Part shown: in pieces, positions 12,044 through 25,707 of the stretch
How the letters are laid out: every line of letters starts with the position of its first letter
How positions within the stretch are numbered: position 1 is the stretch's first letter
Assembly (NCBI RefSeq): GCF_036321535.1
Contig: NC_087437.1
Span: forward strand, 112,780,001 to 112,844,000
DNA length: 64,000 nt
Source: Camelus dromedarius
Lineage: Eukaryota
Direction: 5' to 3'
Notes under the pieces: generated by a model
The model's input: only the letters and a program-made list of their open reading frames with translations
Database searches by the model: none
Told to the model about the DNA's origin: nothing
Made by a program: the position numbers and the translations under genes

Positions 12044-12749
12044 TCTCATCACGTTGTAAACTCAGCTTCTGGCCTTGGAATCAATTTCCTTCTAGAGCTT
12101 TCCCCATTCAAACCTCTATATCAGAGCCCACACAGGCAAGTAAGAGTCAGATATTGTAAGCCTGACAAACAGATTCCCGAGTGATGCTCTAATCCAGGTT
12201 CCTTGTGTTTCGGGGCTCAGAGGGGTACAGTTTCTCGTTCCTGTCACACAGCCTCAGTGCGCAAGCCAGTATTAGGACCCCCGGGAACTCCCCCTCCTAA
12301 CGTGCTTGCTAGTGGTCACCTTCCCCGCCTCCCTCTCAGCCCTCCCACGTCTCCCAGCAGGTTTGGTACTTGCCTCCGCAGGCTCTGGAGAAGATGGCCC
12401 CTGGGTTAGAGCAGACCGAAGTCTTTCTTGTCAAAGTCCTTTTTCTTTCTGGGTTTTGGGCAGTTCAGGGAAAAGCTATACCATTCAATGGGTCCCCTGT
12501 CCCGGGAGATGGTAATGAAAGAAGCAAGGAGCACATGATAGATACAGAACATTCTAATGTTTGTTGACTTGGTAAAAATGTGGCTGTAAATTAGGAAGAG
12601 CGGTGCCAACAGTGAACAGTACATGTTTGGGGACCTTTCTGATGTGAGGAACACCCTGCGGCTCCCAGCTCCTAATTGCCGGTCCTGCCGGAGCCCTGAG
12701 GTCCTGCGGTTGGTCATTATCTGCTGTGCCTGCAGACATAGGTGCCAGG

Positions 12750-12950
12750 CTCGGCAGCCCCACGGCCCAGGGTGGGAATCCCAGCCCTGCCACTCACCAG
12801 CTGTGTGGCGGGGCCAAGTCCCCTCCCTAACCACTGTGCCTCAGTTTCCTTACCTGGAGATTGGAGATAGGATCTATACGGATCGTGTGACTTAATGCCT
12901 GTAAAGCATTGGCCACAGTGCCGGCACCGAGTCAGTGCCCCATGAAATTG
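12750..12950 (+). mobile_element. MIR SINE
   Basis: GAATCCCAGCCCTGCCACTCACCAGCTGTGTG...GTGCCTCAGTTTCCTTACCTGGA core. Confidence 0.8.
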
Positions 12951-14005
12951 AACTGTCTGTCATCTCCTCCTCAAGACCATCTCCCTAAACATCGTCTTTC
13001 TCTAGAGGCAGGAGGGACCTGGATTATTCTTTATTATGGAATTTTAATTCTTATGTTCATCTCCTTCTTGAGCCATGGCCCGGAACGTGGAACAGAGCTT
13101 CATCGCGTCTTCTGAAAGCTGGGAAGTGGTTATTGTCAAAAACTAGCCCCTTTTCGAAGGAGCTCGCCTGCAGGGGGAGCGGCCACAGCTGGTGAGTCAG
13201 AACTGGGTCTCCTCATCTGGGAGTTTACAAGACAAGACAGACTAGTGGTTTTAGAACAGTCACCTCTCAGGATATACTGGTAAACAAGAAAGCACTGAAC
13301 ACTGTTTACTTAAAAAAAAGGAGTATGGATATTTGCTGCGAGTAAAAATGTGAGAACAGTGGAGGCTTTGCAGGAATTTGTGAAAAAAGGAAATTATAGG
13401 ATAAAATAAAAAAGTATACTTTTTCCTTTCACACAGTTATTTAGCTGTTGTAAAAGGGAAAGTAAAAGTCAGGGCAAGGAATGCGTACAGACAGGAGGGG
13501 AGGCGCTCCCAGAACGAGGACAGTGTGTGGTGCAATGGGATTTTGAAATACCCAGCAGAGAGATGGGGTCATCCTGGATTCCACAGTGGGATGCACCGCC
13601 CGAGAAAGTGTTGATGAAACCTGGTGGCAGACTAGTCATTGTGTCATTTTTATCAGTAAAGGAGCATACAGGGTGGAATGCTTGCTTTGAGGTTCTGGGT
13701 AAATCAGGCTGGAGCTCTGTTTGGAATGACGCAGTTTAGTACAAGGATGATGGATTTGGACAAGGGCGAGCCCAGTGGTCTCAGCCCATCTCACAGAACC
13801 AAGAACCTGGGACCCACATAGACGAGGTGACTTGAGAGTAAAGGAAGCTTTTTCCACCCTTGAGTGTAAAGGTAGCCACCATTTCTGTAGCAAATGAATT
13901 AGCATGACCTTGCAGATGGCCCTCGTGACCCGAAAGTGATAAAGCATACTGAGGCTTTTCATTTTGCTGAGTACCAGGGAAGGAAGAGCAAAACGGAGTC
14001 GGTGT

Positions 14006-14398
14006 TGTGAAGAGAGCTCTCGAAAATGAAGCTGGGAGGCCATTTGGAGAGGGTGACCTATGTACATCTCAGCCTGGATGGAATCTGACCTTTGACTTGA
14101 TCAAGTCATCCAGAGGGTCGACAGTCTATCTACTTATCAGACCCCGACCCTAAAACAGATTGTGATTCTTTAAGGACAAATAATTTCTGACTTGCGTCAG
14201 AGCCAATCACATTTCTCCCCCAGCAACTTTTAAACACCTCATGGCTTTTTGTCTTTATAAACCCCTGACTCTTTCTGAGTTACCCAAATCTGTGTCTCCC
14301 GAATTGCAATTCTTACGACCCCCAAATAGACTCTTTTCTTGTTTGCAGCCTCCTGCATCATCATTATTTTTGGTGGGGGGGAGACTGGGCTGATGACA
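14006..14398 (+). mobile_element. ERV1-class solo LTR (probable)
   Basis: TG...CA ends, CCAAT, TATAAA (14275-14260 region TTTATAAACC), TGTGTCTCCCGAATTGCAATTCTT and an AATAGA polyA-like signal, as in MER4-group LTRs. No TSD found. Confidence 0.55.
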
Positions 14399-16449
14399 TA
14401 TTTCTGTGGGTTTTTGATTCTATGTGTAGAATTGCAAGGCTGGATAAAAGCACTGTCTATTTTGTTTTTAAGCAATGAGGGAGTTATTGGTGGGTTGATC
14501 TTCAGAGATTAAGGCCAAATCGGCAGGAACACAGAGTAGTTCAGTTCATTTATAGTGTATGGTTTGAAGTGGGATAGAGGATCATCCCCTGATTCACTCA
14601 CTCATTCTTTTGGACATGAATCCATTTAACAAATATTCACTGAATGTTAGAGATCATGATGCTGCAGGGAATGAAGGCAACTAAGACAGACCCTGCCTTC
14701 AAGGAGATGCTGCCATTTCTCTTTGAATCAGTTTTTCACTTTCAAAAATCACCTTTCCTTTGTAATATATATTGGAGAAGAAATTGGTATGGGTGTTCAG
14801 CTAAAAAAATCTAACTTAATTGCAACATAATTTTATAAACTCTGGGCTTTCTTGACATCTTTACATTTGTAGGAATTCCTTCTACATCTGAGCTCCTAAG
14901 AGACAGCAAGCTCCTCTTCTCATATCTTCGCAGCTAACTGAAACAACGAAAGGGACAGAAATGATAAAAAAAATACAAGTCATTCGAATTGGCAGAGCAT
15001 CACTGTATGGTTATCAAAGTGGTTGTTCATCAGAAGTAAAGTCAGTGCCATCTCGACAGCACTGGATCAAATTGGTCCACTTTTGATGATGACCCGAGGA
15101 CCAGTGTTCTTTCTTCTTGTGATCTGTGATGGTGCTGTGCACCCTGGAATCAACAGACTTCATGTAATACAGGTTTGCTGACATTCTTGAGGCATGGGAA
15201 TTCTCCTTGTTTGTGTTCCACGCCAAAGGTTTCCCGAGAGAACATCTTAGAAGCAGCCTTTCATGGTGGTAGCCATCAATCTTGGCTGCTGATTGAAATC
15301 AGTTGTAGGACTTAAGAAACTACAGATGTCTACTGAACACATATGAATTACAATCTTCATGTACACTTTATTTTTAATTAATCATTGAGCTTGAATGTTC
15401 AATGATCAGACAGGGGTTAAATAAATTGTAGTATGCCTATGAAGGAATATTATCCACCATTTAAAATTATGGCGAGGAAGAATTCGCTGAGATGAGAACA
15501 TATTCGTAATGCATTGTTAAGTAAAAAAAAGCAGGTTGAAAACAGTATTCAGTGTATAATATGATGATATTTTTGTTAAATAATCATGTATTTGTATGCA
15601 TCATACAAAAAGCCAGAAGGAACCACACAAATATGTCCAAGGTGGTAACGTCTGAGTACTGATTTTTGTTTGTCTCTCCCATAGTGCTTTTCTGTGTTTT
15701 CTAAGTTTTAAGCATCAATCTTATATTGCTTTTGTACTGGGGGAAAATTCCTTCACCGTTAATGGTTTCCCCACTAGGAACAACAAGATGAGGAGGAGCA
15801 AAGAAACTAGGTGACCTGACTGCCTCATTCATTCATTCAATTATGATTTCCATCTAGCCTTTAAAATTTTTCCATTAAAATTTTTTAATCTGTTTTCTAC
15901 TTATTAAGGAAAAATGTCTTAAGCACCTGCTGCTGCATGGACAGTTTTAGGCACTTGGTGTGCAGAGGTTCGGCTCTCTCAAATCCAGCAGGCTGAAGAG
16001 GCTGTGCAGAGCTTGTGGAAATGTGGATTCCCTCCCTGGAGACCCCACTGATGTAGACTTTGGCGAGGGGAGCTGGGAATTTCCTATTTTAAACAAGTGC
16101 CCCATGCGTTTCTGATACAGACTCTCTGGTACCACCTTTTGAGAGCCTGTGAGGAGTGGGCGCTTGAACTTAAATCACTTGAAGTCTAAAGATGATCAAA
16201 ATGGTTCATGTGAAAACCTGGACTGTTGGTTCCATTATGGAATCTTAACTAAGTTCCCCCAGGATGTCCTTGGACCCACACTCCTTTGCTGAGTTATTTT
16301 AGAATGTGACATGTGTAAGTGGGATGACATTCAAAAGACACCCAGCCAGGTTGCCAGCTTCCTTGAAGGTCATTAGATGTGGCAAACACCTTCCTTCCTA
16401 AGGACAGTCAGAGAGCCACAGTGCGAGAAGTCATAACAATTGTGACAGC

Positions 16450-16680
16450 AACCACCACTTAGTAAGTGCTTAGTCCGTGTTGGGCGCTTGTCTAAGCACT
16501 TAATATTCATTCGCTCATTGAATCCTGTGAAAAACCCATAGGTACCTATAGATAAAAGAATCGCCATTTTACAGATGAGGAAACTGAGGTTTTAGAGAGA
16601 TGAATTAACATGCCTGAGATCACATGGCCAGTCGGTTGGCTAGTCTCCAAGAGAGCCTAGGCTCAACTGCTATATTACCC
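16450..16680 (-). mobile_element. MIR SINE
   Basis: CCATTTTACAGATGAGGAAACTGAGG core. Confidence 0.85.
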
Positions 16681-17239
16681 AGCCTCAAACTTGACCAGTG
16701 GCCGCTGTGCAACCAACGTGAGACTGCCCCTGGGGCTCCAGAGCAGTGCCCACCCCGCAGCTTGCTGCCCGGCAGCCTGGTTGAACATATTCGGGTGTGA
16801 AATTATTATTTAACTTCAACCTTCGAAAACTGTGTCCTTCATGGTCGCAGCCAGTACAAAGTTAAAACACTTGACAAAATGCATAAAACACAGCCAGCAG
16901 CATATTTCCAAATCACGTTGTAAGCCAGGCAGCGTTCTCTTAAAATACATTCTTAGGGGCAAAGCCATTAAGTGAACTTCCACCGAAGTCTGTGGACCGG
17001 GGTGTCCCTTTAGCCGGGGAAAGCTGGGGATTTTGGGAGACCAGCCTTCTGCAGTGGGAATGGCAGGGGGAGGGCTTCAGGGAATTTGGGCAGTGACAGA
17101 GATGCAGGGAAATTTACTACAGTTTTTGCTCAGGAGCAAAACTCACATTTGAAAGTAGACTATCTTCTACTTTACTCCAGGCATTTTTTTTTCCCCGCTC
17201 TTATTTGCAATACTATGATGAGTCATTATTATTATTATT

Positions 17240-17560
17240 TCATTTTTAAATTTTATTGAGATATGATTCACATACCATAAAATTCGCTTACCTTTTTAAA
17301 ATGCACATTTCAGTGGTTTCTAGCACATTCACAAGGTTGTGCAGCCATCACCACTATTTAGTACTTCATTTTTTAATGGAGGTTCTGGGGATTGAACCCA
17401 GGACCTTATGCATGCTAAGCAGGTGCTCTACCACCGAGCTCTACCCTCCCCCCATCACTACTATCTAATTCAAGAATGTTTTCACCAGACCAAAAAAGAA
17501 ACTTCATATCTGTTAGCAATCTCTCCCCATTCTCTCCTCCCCCAGCCTCTGGCAAATTAT
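17240..17560 (-). mobile_element. Old L1 (L1MB-like) 3' end
   Basis: TTTATTGAGATATGATTCACATACCATAAAATTC...CCCCAGCCTCTGGCAA, a typical antisense L1MB 3'UTR. Confidence 0.8.
17361..17451 (-). mobile_element. tRNA-derived SINE (Vic-1-like) inserted in an old L1
   Basis: Same family as 9542-9669. TSD CCATCACCACTATTTA / CCATCACTACTATCTA (17345-17360 / 17452-17467). Confidence 0.88.
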
Positions 17561-18464
17561 GATGATTTTTAATGGTTGTATCTTTTCTCTTCCATTAAAT
17601 TACATGAGACCATTGGACACATCACTCTTCTTGGCACAAAGTAGGTGCTTAGTAAATGCTTTTTTTCCCTTGGTGATAAAGCTCTCAATCTTAAGACTCT
17701 CCACTCTTTCTCTGGTCTGAGTGATAATTTAAAAATTATATTAAATGCCTGGAAAAAGAAAATATGCAGCTGAGTTTTTTTCCCCCCTTTCCCCTCCCAT
17801 TTAGGACGGCCTGAACTCAGAGGTCTCATGTCAACCAGATGAATGTTTTATGGGCTTTATTTTTAATTCAGTTTGATTTAGGAAAAGGCAAGGATATCTT
17901 GGGTCTTATAATGTAATGCGAACATTGACAGTTCACTGACAGTTCATGCTTTTCCGGCTCATAAAAATACAGTGAAGAAATTAACAGCTTGGACTGTGGG
18001 AAAAAGAGAAGTTATGCTGAAATTCTGATAGACATGGATCTGAATGGGTTGTTTACAGAGTGAAAAGCAGGTCACACATAGGCTGAGATGCAGCTTCCGT
18101 CACGCTGGGAATCTACAGACTCAGTGCCTTGTCACTGGCAGAACATGAAAGCTAAGATTATCCCCTAATCCTGTGGCATTTTTAAATCCATGGAATGGGC
18201 TTTGCTGCTCAAAAATTTTCACTTGAAGTCACACACTCTTTGGCGATACAAATATTTTGTTTACCCCTGCAGTATCTATGGAAAAACTTGTCAGAATGAA
18301 TGTCTGCGGCGGTTACCGCAGATGAAGTTGGTTTTGTCGCTGTCTGGGGTTGAACATGCTTCCTCCACCCCAAGTTTCCACTTCTTTTCAAATTCAAATG
18401 GTGGAACCTTATGTGGCAGCTCTTCCTCTGATAAACAAGATTTTAAGATCCAGTGCACTGCTGG

Positions 18465-18912
18465 AAGTGGAAACAACTCAAATATCCATCAGTGGGTGAA
18501 CAGAGATGCAAAATGTGGTGTATCCATACAACGAAATATTATTCAGCCATAAAAAGGAACGATGTACTAACATATACTACCACGTGGGTAGACGTTGAAA
18601 ACAGCATGCTGAGTGAAAAGGTCACATATCATAAGACTCCATTTATTTGAAATGTGTCCAAAGAGGCAAATCTATACAGAAAGCAGGTTGCAGGTTGCCA
18701 AGGGCTGTGGAATCAGGAATGGGGAGTGACTGCTAATGGGTACAAGGATTTCTTTTTTGGAGTGATGAAATTTAATTCCAGAATTAGATAGTGGTGGTGG
18801 TTGCACAACTTTGTGAATATACTAAAACCCACTAAGTTGTACACTTTAAAATGGTGAATGTCATAGTATGTAAATTATATTTCAGTAAAAAAAAAATAAA
18901 AATAAAATAAAA
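18465..18912 (+). mobile_element. Old L1 (L1MB-like) 3' end
   Basis: GGAAACAACTCAAATATCCATCAGTGGGTGAA...GGTTGCACAACTTTGTGAATATACTAAAA...A-tail. Confidence 0.85.
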
Positions 18913-21900
18913 AGATTTACTGCCCAACCTCCCAAGGGGTTAAAAATAAGAGCGGGGAAAATCTGATCTTATTTTGCTGGTGCCTGTGCTGAAGGTGATT
19001 TAGCCACTCCCTCTGCAAGGCATTTGCTGGAGTAAAACCATTCCTGCCCTCACCACTGCAGCACGTTCTTTTGCGCCTTCATCATTCCTGCCTGGATCGT
19101 GGAACTAAAGAATTTTGACAGCTGCAAAGGATCTTGGAGATTCTAGTCCAACTCGCTCACATGGCAGGTGAGGAAACTAATTCCAGGCAGGAGAAGTCAC
19201 ATGTTCAAAGTTGCCTTGTTCATGGCTGAGCTGGACCTGAAACCCAGCGTTCTCTTCACCTGACCTTTTTTTTGCACTTGTTCTCCTCCCTCTGGTCAGT
19301 CTCTCACTGCTCAGATACGGTTGCACGTTGCACAGACCTTAACCTTCTTGAAGCACAGCTCTTATGCCACCTCCCCCTAGAAAACCTTCATGGCTCCCCA
19401 CTGTCCTCCAGCTCCTCTCTGCTACTTGGCTCCCACAGTTCCTGAAATAAACTATCTGTTGGCCCAACACACAGTGTACTTTCTGATATCACGTCTCTGT
19501 TCATGTTTTTTGTTACAAAACTTTGTATATACGTATGCCTTCACTCCTCAACTGAATTCCAAATTTCTTGAAGCCTGGGATCATGTCTTAATGCATCTTG
19601 ACCTTGGGGTATAGGGTTCAGTGCAGTTCCTTGAACTTGATAGGGCTCAGGAAATACTTGTAGATGAGTTGATTCCATTTAAGACTATAGCTAGTCTTTA
19701 CCCAGATAAATCTAAGGACCATCTGAGGGGAGTTCTGTCAATAGGTGGCTATTTTGTGCCTCATCTCTTCTGTTGAAAGTCAAACACTGAGTTTAATTTT
19801 GGGGTGTTATTTGGACAAAAATGTTCCAGAAACCTCTCATGAGAACACATTTAGTTTCAAAAAGGCAAAACTCAGTGACTTGAAAAAAAAAAAAAAGAAT
19901 CAGAGATTATTTTTGAAATAACCTTTTTATTTAGTACAGAAGTAATTTGTGTTCATTGCAGAAGATTTGGAAAATTCCAAGAGAGTTCCAGGAATATAAA
20001 GGAGAAAATAAGAGGTGCCCATAATCCTAGCCCCTACTGATAATCTTTGATTTGTACAGCCATTTTTTTTGTGTGCATATATACACCACAGCTGTATTGT
20101 TTACAAAAATGAGATCCCACTCCGCATGCTATTTTGTAACCTGCTTTTAAATTCAATGAAAAATGAGAATTTAAAAGCACTGCATTAAGTGGGAAGAATT
20201 TTTTTTTGCTGTCAACTCAGATGACTCATTCTGATGACGTGGAGAAAGAGCAACTCAATATTTGTTTTGCTTCTTTGCTTTTCTTGGTGCAGGAAAGGGT
20301 ATAAAACAGACAAAGCGGGAAGAGTTCCGAGAACTAAGAAATGAGTGCCTTTCTAGGTACCAAGTCACTGGGGGGCGTGGAGCCTCTTCACTACTTTGGG
20401 TCTTGATCTTCTCACCAGTTCCGTGAAGGAATTGTGTCCATTAAAGTCCTTTCCTAGCTCTAGACTCTTGTGAGCTTTGTTTTATATTTCTCCTTGTCTC
20501 TTCTTTGTCCTTGGACATTTTGGAGCCCTCTATGTGCTCAAGAAGGCAAGGAATGTGACTGCTTTTTCCCTGACTTATGCCAGCACAGTCCCTGGCAAAG
20601 AATTGACACTTAACAAATATTTGTTAATGAATGAATGGATGAGACTCTCATGAAGGATGCCCTTTGTCACAAACATCTTTAGATCACATGGTCTTCTTTT
20701 GGAAGCACCAAATAGGAATTCTATATTTAGGTTCTTGGAATTAGAATAAAAATACAAGTGAGTAATATCAATTGATTAATGGAAAATATGTTTCCACTCT
20801 CAGGATCCCATTTGGCTCTCTCTGTGGCTCCATTAGGGAGCTATTACTAGTTCCATTCCACAGGTAGGTGGATGGCTGGCCAGTCTCCTCTTCAGGCCTC
20901 CTTATTCCAGGCCCCAGGTCCCTTCTGCTACCCCTCATTGTCTTTTCAGGTACCCCATTTCCTCTCTGGTTGGGAAAGTCACTCTACAACCACTCAAGCG
21001 AGCGGAAAGCAGAAGTTCTCAAACTTTAGTGTTCTTAAGAATTGTCCAGGGTGTAGTGATCCACATTTTAAATAATTGTTCAGGATGATTTTGATGCAGG
21101 TGGTCTGAAAAGCACACTTTGAGGAACACTAACTTGAAATATTTCAGGTGTAGTGTGGTGTCAAGCAGAGGAGGCACTCATGACAGGGCCAGCAGGGTCA
21201 CCTTCCTCAAGCATCGGCTTGCCCAAGCTTCGGCTTCCAAGGAGACTGGGAAATAGCAACACAATGGTTCATGTTCATTATAGGTTCACTGTGCCAAGAG
21301 CTTTTCTAAGTGCTTGACGTACATCAACTTCTTTAATTCTCTTAAGAGCCCTCTGGGGTGGGTCCTGTTATTGCCTCCTTCGTACAAGGAAACTGAGGTT
21401 CAGACAACTATGCCTGGCTTATCTACGATCAGGTGAAGCTGACAGCAGGATTAAGTAATCAAGTCCTACGATTGCCAGGTTATGGAAACCGAAGTCTATT
21501 ATTTTTTGTAACAGCTGGAAGAAGCTGGTGAGTGTCGTTGGCCAATAGGGAGAGTAATTCACAGTTTGGCTTGCACACCCACGTCCTTCTCTGTATGTGG
21601 ATTGCTCTTGGCAATTATGAAACAGGAAAATGAAAGAAAACACCACAGTGAAACGAGTGAAAGTCGGGTCTTCTTCCCCTGGGTAAGACCAGTCCTAGGA
21701 CCAGCGCCTGCTGTGTTCTGAATCCAGTGTTACTTGTACCTCAGAACTGAACTGTTCTATCAGGGAAATTCGAGCACTTATTACTGACCAGGAATTTGAG
21801 GATATTAAGGAATTATTATTATTATTGTCATCTTAGGTATGGTACTGATATTGTGGTTATGTTAAAAAAGAGTGCTTATATTTTAGAGCTGTATGCTGAA

Positions 21901-21976
21901 ATACTCATTAACTACCAGGAGGTTTTAGATTTCCTTCTAAATAAGCCAGTATGGGGAGGTAGAGGAATGAAGCAGG

Positions 21977-22037
21977 ATATGATATGATATATATGATATA
22001 TATATGACATAACATATATGATATGATATTACTATAT
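21977..22037. repeat. Degenerate (ATATG)n repeat
   Basis: ATATGATATGATATATATGATATATATATGACATAACATATATGATATGATAT. Confidence 0.85.
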
Positions 22038-25000
22038 AGTCGTTGAAGCTGGCTGATGAATGCATAGGGGCTTATACGATTGCCTCTAGTTTTGTGTGTT
22101 TGAATATTTTCACAACGAAGAGTAAAAAGTAACTTCCTGTTTCATGTCCCTTATCCTCGGAAGTGGATTTAATACATGTGACTAAAGCACTCGAGGTTAA
22201 TAATGGATCAATATGGGATGGCTGCAAGAGAGCATTTAAGTTTTTAACAAGGTGCTGCGATGTCTGAATCCAATTTTGGAAATTTCTGGCATCACCCCAA
22301 CCCATAGAGGAAGTATTTGGTATCGGCTCTAACTTTCTCCTTCCCTGCTTTATGTATGTGCAGAATCAGTCTTGATCCCTCCCTTTGGGGACACTTTTGA
22401 TAATCATTACCTTTTCTTTTCTAATAATGCTATATAATAGCACGGTGTTGCATAATGTTCAAAACGCTTTCATTTGCAATCCCTAAAATCCTCATTCCTT
22501 TTCTGTGAGTAGACAGTGCATATCATTAAGCATAGGAACAAACAGGGATTCCAAGAGATTAATTAGATTTAGTTATTGGACTGGTTAATTAATTCTTTCA
22601 TTTATGTGTCTCTCTTCAAAACAGGAAGCATGCATTGAGCATCTATTATGTGTTTGATATGGTGCTGGGTTGGCGTGATACAGAGGTGCATAAAACAGTC
22701 CCTGACTTTGAGGTGCTCACACTTTGGAAGGGAGAAAAGTATGCTAAGTGACTGTGTCTAGAAGGCTGAGAGCTTCATGGAGAAGATCAGACTTGTGCTG
22801 GACCACGTAACATAAACAGAAGCTCATCCCACACCCAATTAACGTCAGAAACAGAACCCGAACCCAGGGGTCCTGCCGTCTGTCTGGTCCAGCACAATGT
22901 CTGTGTGGCAATTGCTCTTCTCTTTTTTCATCTGAAAACTCCAATTTTCTTTGTTCCTTGTACCTCCTGCAGGATTTCTCTTAAAGCCTTACAATGACAC
23001 TGCCATCTACGAGGCACAAAGTGCAGCAGAGCTCTTTGCTGGGAATGCAGGGAGCAGTACGTTCTGGAGACGAACGGGTGGAGGGCAGGATGCTGATCAG
23101 GGTATCATTCCTTCTAGAATATAGCCCAGGGGCGTTCCATTCTTGCGTGATATGGATGACGGCACCCTTGCACTTGGATGGCTTTGCAGGCGACTGATGG
23201 CGGCGTGGAAAGCCTCACTCCTGTTTACCTGTTCTCGCAGCCATCACTCACCTCGTCCCACAACCTCCCCTCCCAACTTGCACACAAAGCCACAGAATGA
23301 CTTAAAGGAAAAACAAAAAAATCAAAATCCTTCTCCCGACCCCTTTGTAAAATGTCAAGTGTTTCAGTTTTGAGAAAGAAAGAAAGCTGAAGAAGGCATG
23401 ACTCATGACAGGGCTGACAAACAACTATCTGGAGGTATGCTGGTGAGTCACACCGTGGAGATCTGCCTTTATGTTGTGGAAAAGGCCGGGGATAGAAGGA
23501 GCATCATGGGACCAGCCAGTAAAATTCCACTACTCTCTGCAGCCGGTTTGGAGGTAATTTAAAAACCCTGGGTTTTTTTCAGCCCCAATCCAGTGCAGGG
23601 CTCTGGAGACCCTCAGGTTTGTTGATCTGTACAGGAAAACAGAAAGAATGATTATTAATAATTGGAACAAAACCATTATTATCTTTCCATGCCCAATGCT
23701 ATGCTGAACCAGCCCTGCTTGTTTCTTCGAGCCAGCGAGACTGCTGGATTTTCTTGAAGGGTATTGGGTTGCTAAGCAACAGTGCTGGCAGCATCCGTCA
23801 TGCTCAGCAGTGTCAGCGCCTGCGTGTGGCCTGCAGAAGGCGCCTGCTCCCCTCCCCCCTCCTCTTGCCCCTCCCCCACGTTAATTTGCATCTGGGGTAC
23901 AGGACCTGTGCTAGGTGATTCTGTGTATAAAACACCACAGTGCAGCACATGAAGCACAAATATTGTTTTTGGTTGCAAAGCAGGTCATGTGACGTAGTTG
24001 AAAATACAGACTCATTTGTGTACACTCTTCACATAAAGAGGCTAGGCATAATTTAAAAGCCTGCATGTCAAATAGCCTGGTGTGTTCAGCCTTTAAATCA
24101 TTTTTTCTCTCTCTGCCCATACTGCAGCTTATTTATTCCCTGTTCTGTCCATACCTAGCCCACTCCCTTTGTTCTGCAGTCTCCTGGGTGATGGAGTTAC
24201 TGTTTGTGTGTAGGGCTGTGTGGACAAAAGGGAGTCTATTTCTACACAGGAGACAGCCCTGTGATGAACAGTTGGAGGCTGCCGTTTACAAAGCCTGTAA
24301 CTGTGGCAGCTTTGCTCCGGAAGTGCCCATTTTCTGGGTGGGGTCCCCACCTGAGCCACATCTGTCTGTGCCTTTTACTTCCTCTCAAGGGGCAGCTGCC
24401 TGGGTCAGCTGATTAAGTGCCAGAGGCAGAATGATGGACAGGAAAGAGGGTCAGACCTATATTCAAACCTTTTCTCTTCCCCAACCAGCGTGGGCATCTT
24501 GGCAAGTTTCTCTCCCCATTTCTGAGCAGAATGTCAATAAAAACCACTTCATTGGGTTATTGGGAGGGCTGAGTGTGTTAATGCATCAGTATGTCCGGCC
24601 CCCAGTGTTTATTAAGTGGCAGATATTACAAGGATTGAGTGAATCACAGATGATTCCCAGTTGGAAGGGAGTTTAAGATGTCATCTGCTTCAGCCCAACA
24701 AGGAATTCTAATTCCCTTACTTCTCCCAATGGGTAAGCAGGGCAGGGTCCAGCTGAATTGCCAAAGGTTACACCGAGTTGGTATTTGATGACAGGGTTGG
24801 GTTGTAAGCTCTGACTCCTGGCCCAGTGATCTTTTTTCTGGGTCCATTACGATATCTGTTGCCTTCTTAAAAAAGTTAGCTCTTGGCTTTGGAGGCCTTA
24901 CCATGGACTGATGTTCCTCCTTATACAGTTGGACAAGTTTGGCTGGCAGGAACCTTTGGCTGACTGCAAAATTTTGGTGGTGATCAAGACTTGGAATTTG

Positions 25001-25635
25001 ACTGGAGACCTGATGAACCTGAAGAATGCGCCCTGGGAACCCGGGAGGATGACTTCCTGGGTTTTCCTCTGGCAGATCTAGCATGATTTTTACTGCCTTT
25101 GCTCTGAAGCTGTTAAGCAAGTGCTACATCTAATGCCCAACCGAGGCGGAGCTCTTCAACAGGAAGTATGTGGGACGCCTTATCTGAAGGTAATTTTCTA
25201 ATTCTAGGTTTTAAACCACAACCACTGAAGATGGTTGGTGCCAGCATGGCCTCCTCATTTATTACCAAAAAACTTATTTTGTACCTTTGAAGGCCCCTCC
25301 TCCCACCCCCCAAAATCTGTACCATTCTCTCTTAGAGAAACCACTCCCTTTGAAGGAAAGCTGGGGCCCTCCTGGTCTGGTGTTCCCAGCTAAGGAAGAG
25401 CCAAGCAGACAGCCCTCAATTCTAGCCTGAGACAGCCATGTCACATGGTTCGTTGGGCATGCCACTCCTTTTTAGAGGCCTGGGAAGAGGAACAAGGGAT
25501 CAGTTTGCTCCAGGTCAGAGGTGAGTGAGAAGACTGCTGGGCAAAGAAAATTGCTGATTGTAACCTATTAATCGGTAGTAAAATCAGCTGATCGTAGATT
25601 ATGGCCAGCTTTTGAAAAAATTGGAATAATAAGAT

Positions 25636-25707
25636 ATAGAATAGAATAGGACGGAATGGGATGGAATGGAATGAAACTGAATGGGAAAGAATAGAACAGA
25701 ATAGAAT
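25636..25707. repeat. Degenerate (GAATA/GGAAT)n pentanucleotide repeat
   Basis: ATAGAATAGAATAGGACGGAATGGGATGGAATGGAATG...AGAATAGAAT. Confidence 0.85.

Noticed and set aside
14900..15240. Balanced-composition stretch that looked like a processed pseudogene or exon
   Set aside because: The minus-strand frames I translated gave no recognisable protein, and there is no polyA tail or TSD. A BLASTX search would settle it.
25636..25707. GGAAT repeats suggesting satellite III or a heat-shock element
   Set aside because: Only about 70 bp, degenerate and all head-to-tail. An ordinary microsatellite, not alternating nGAAn units.
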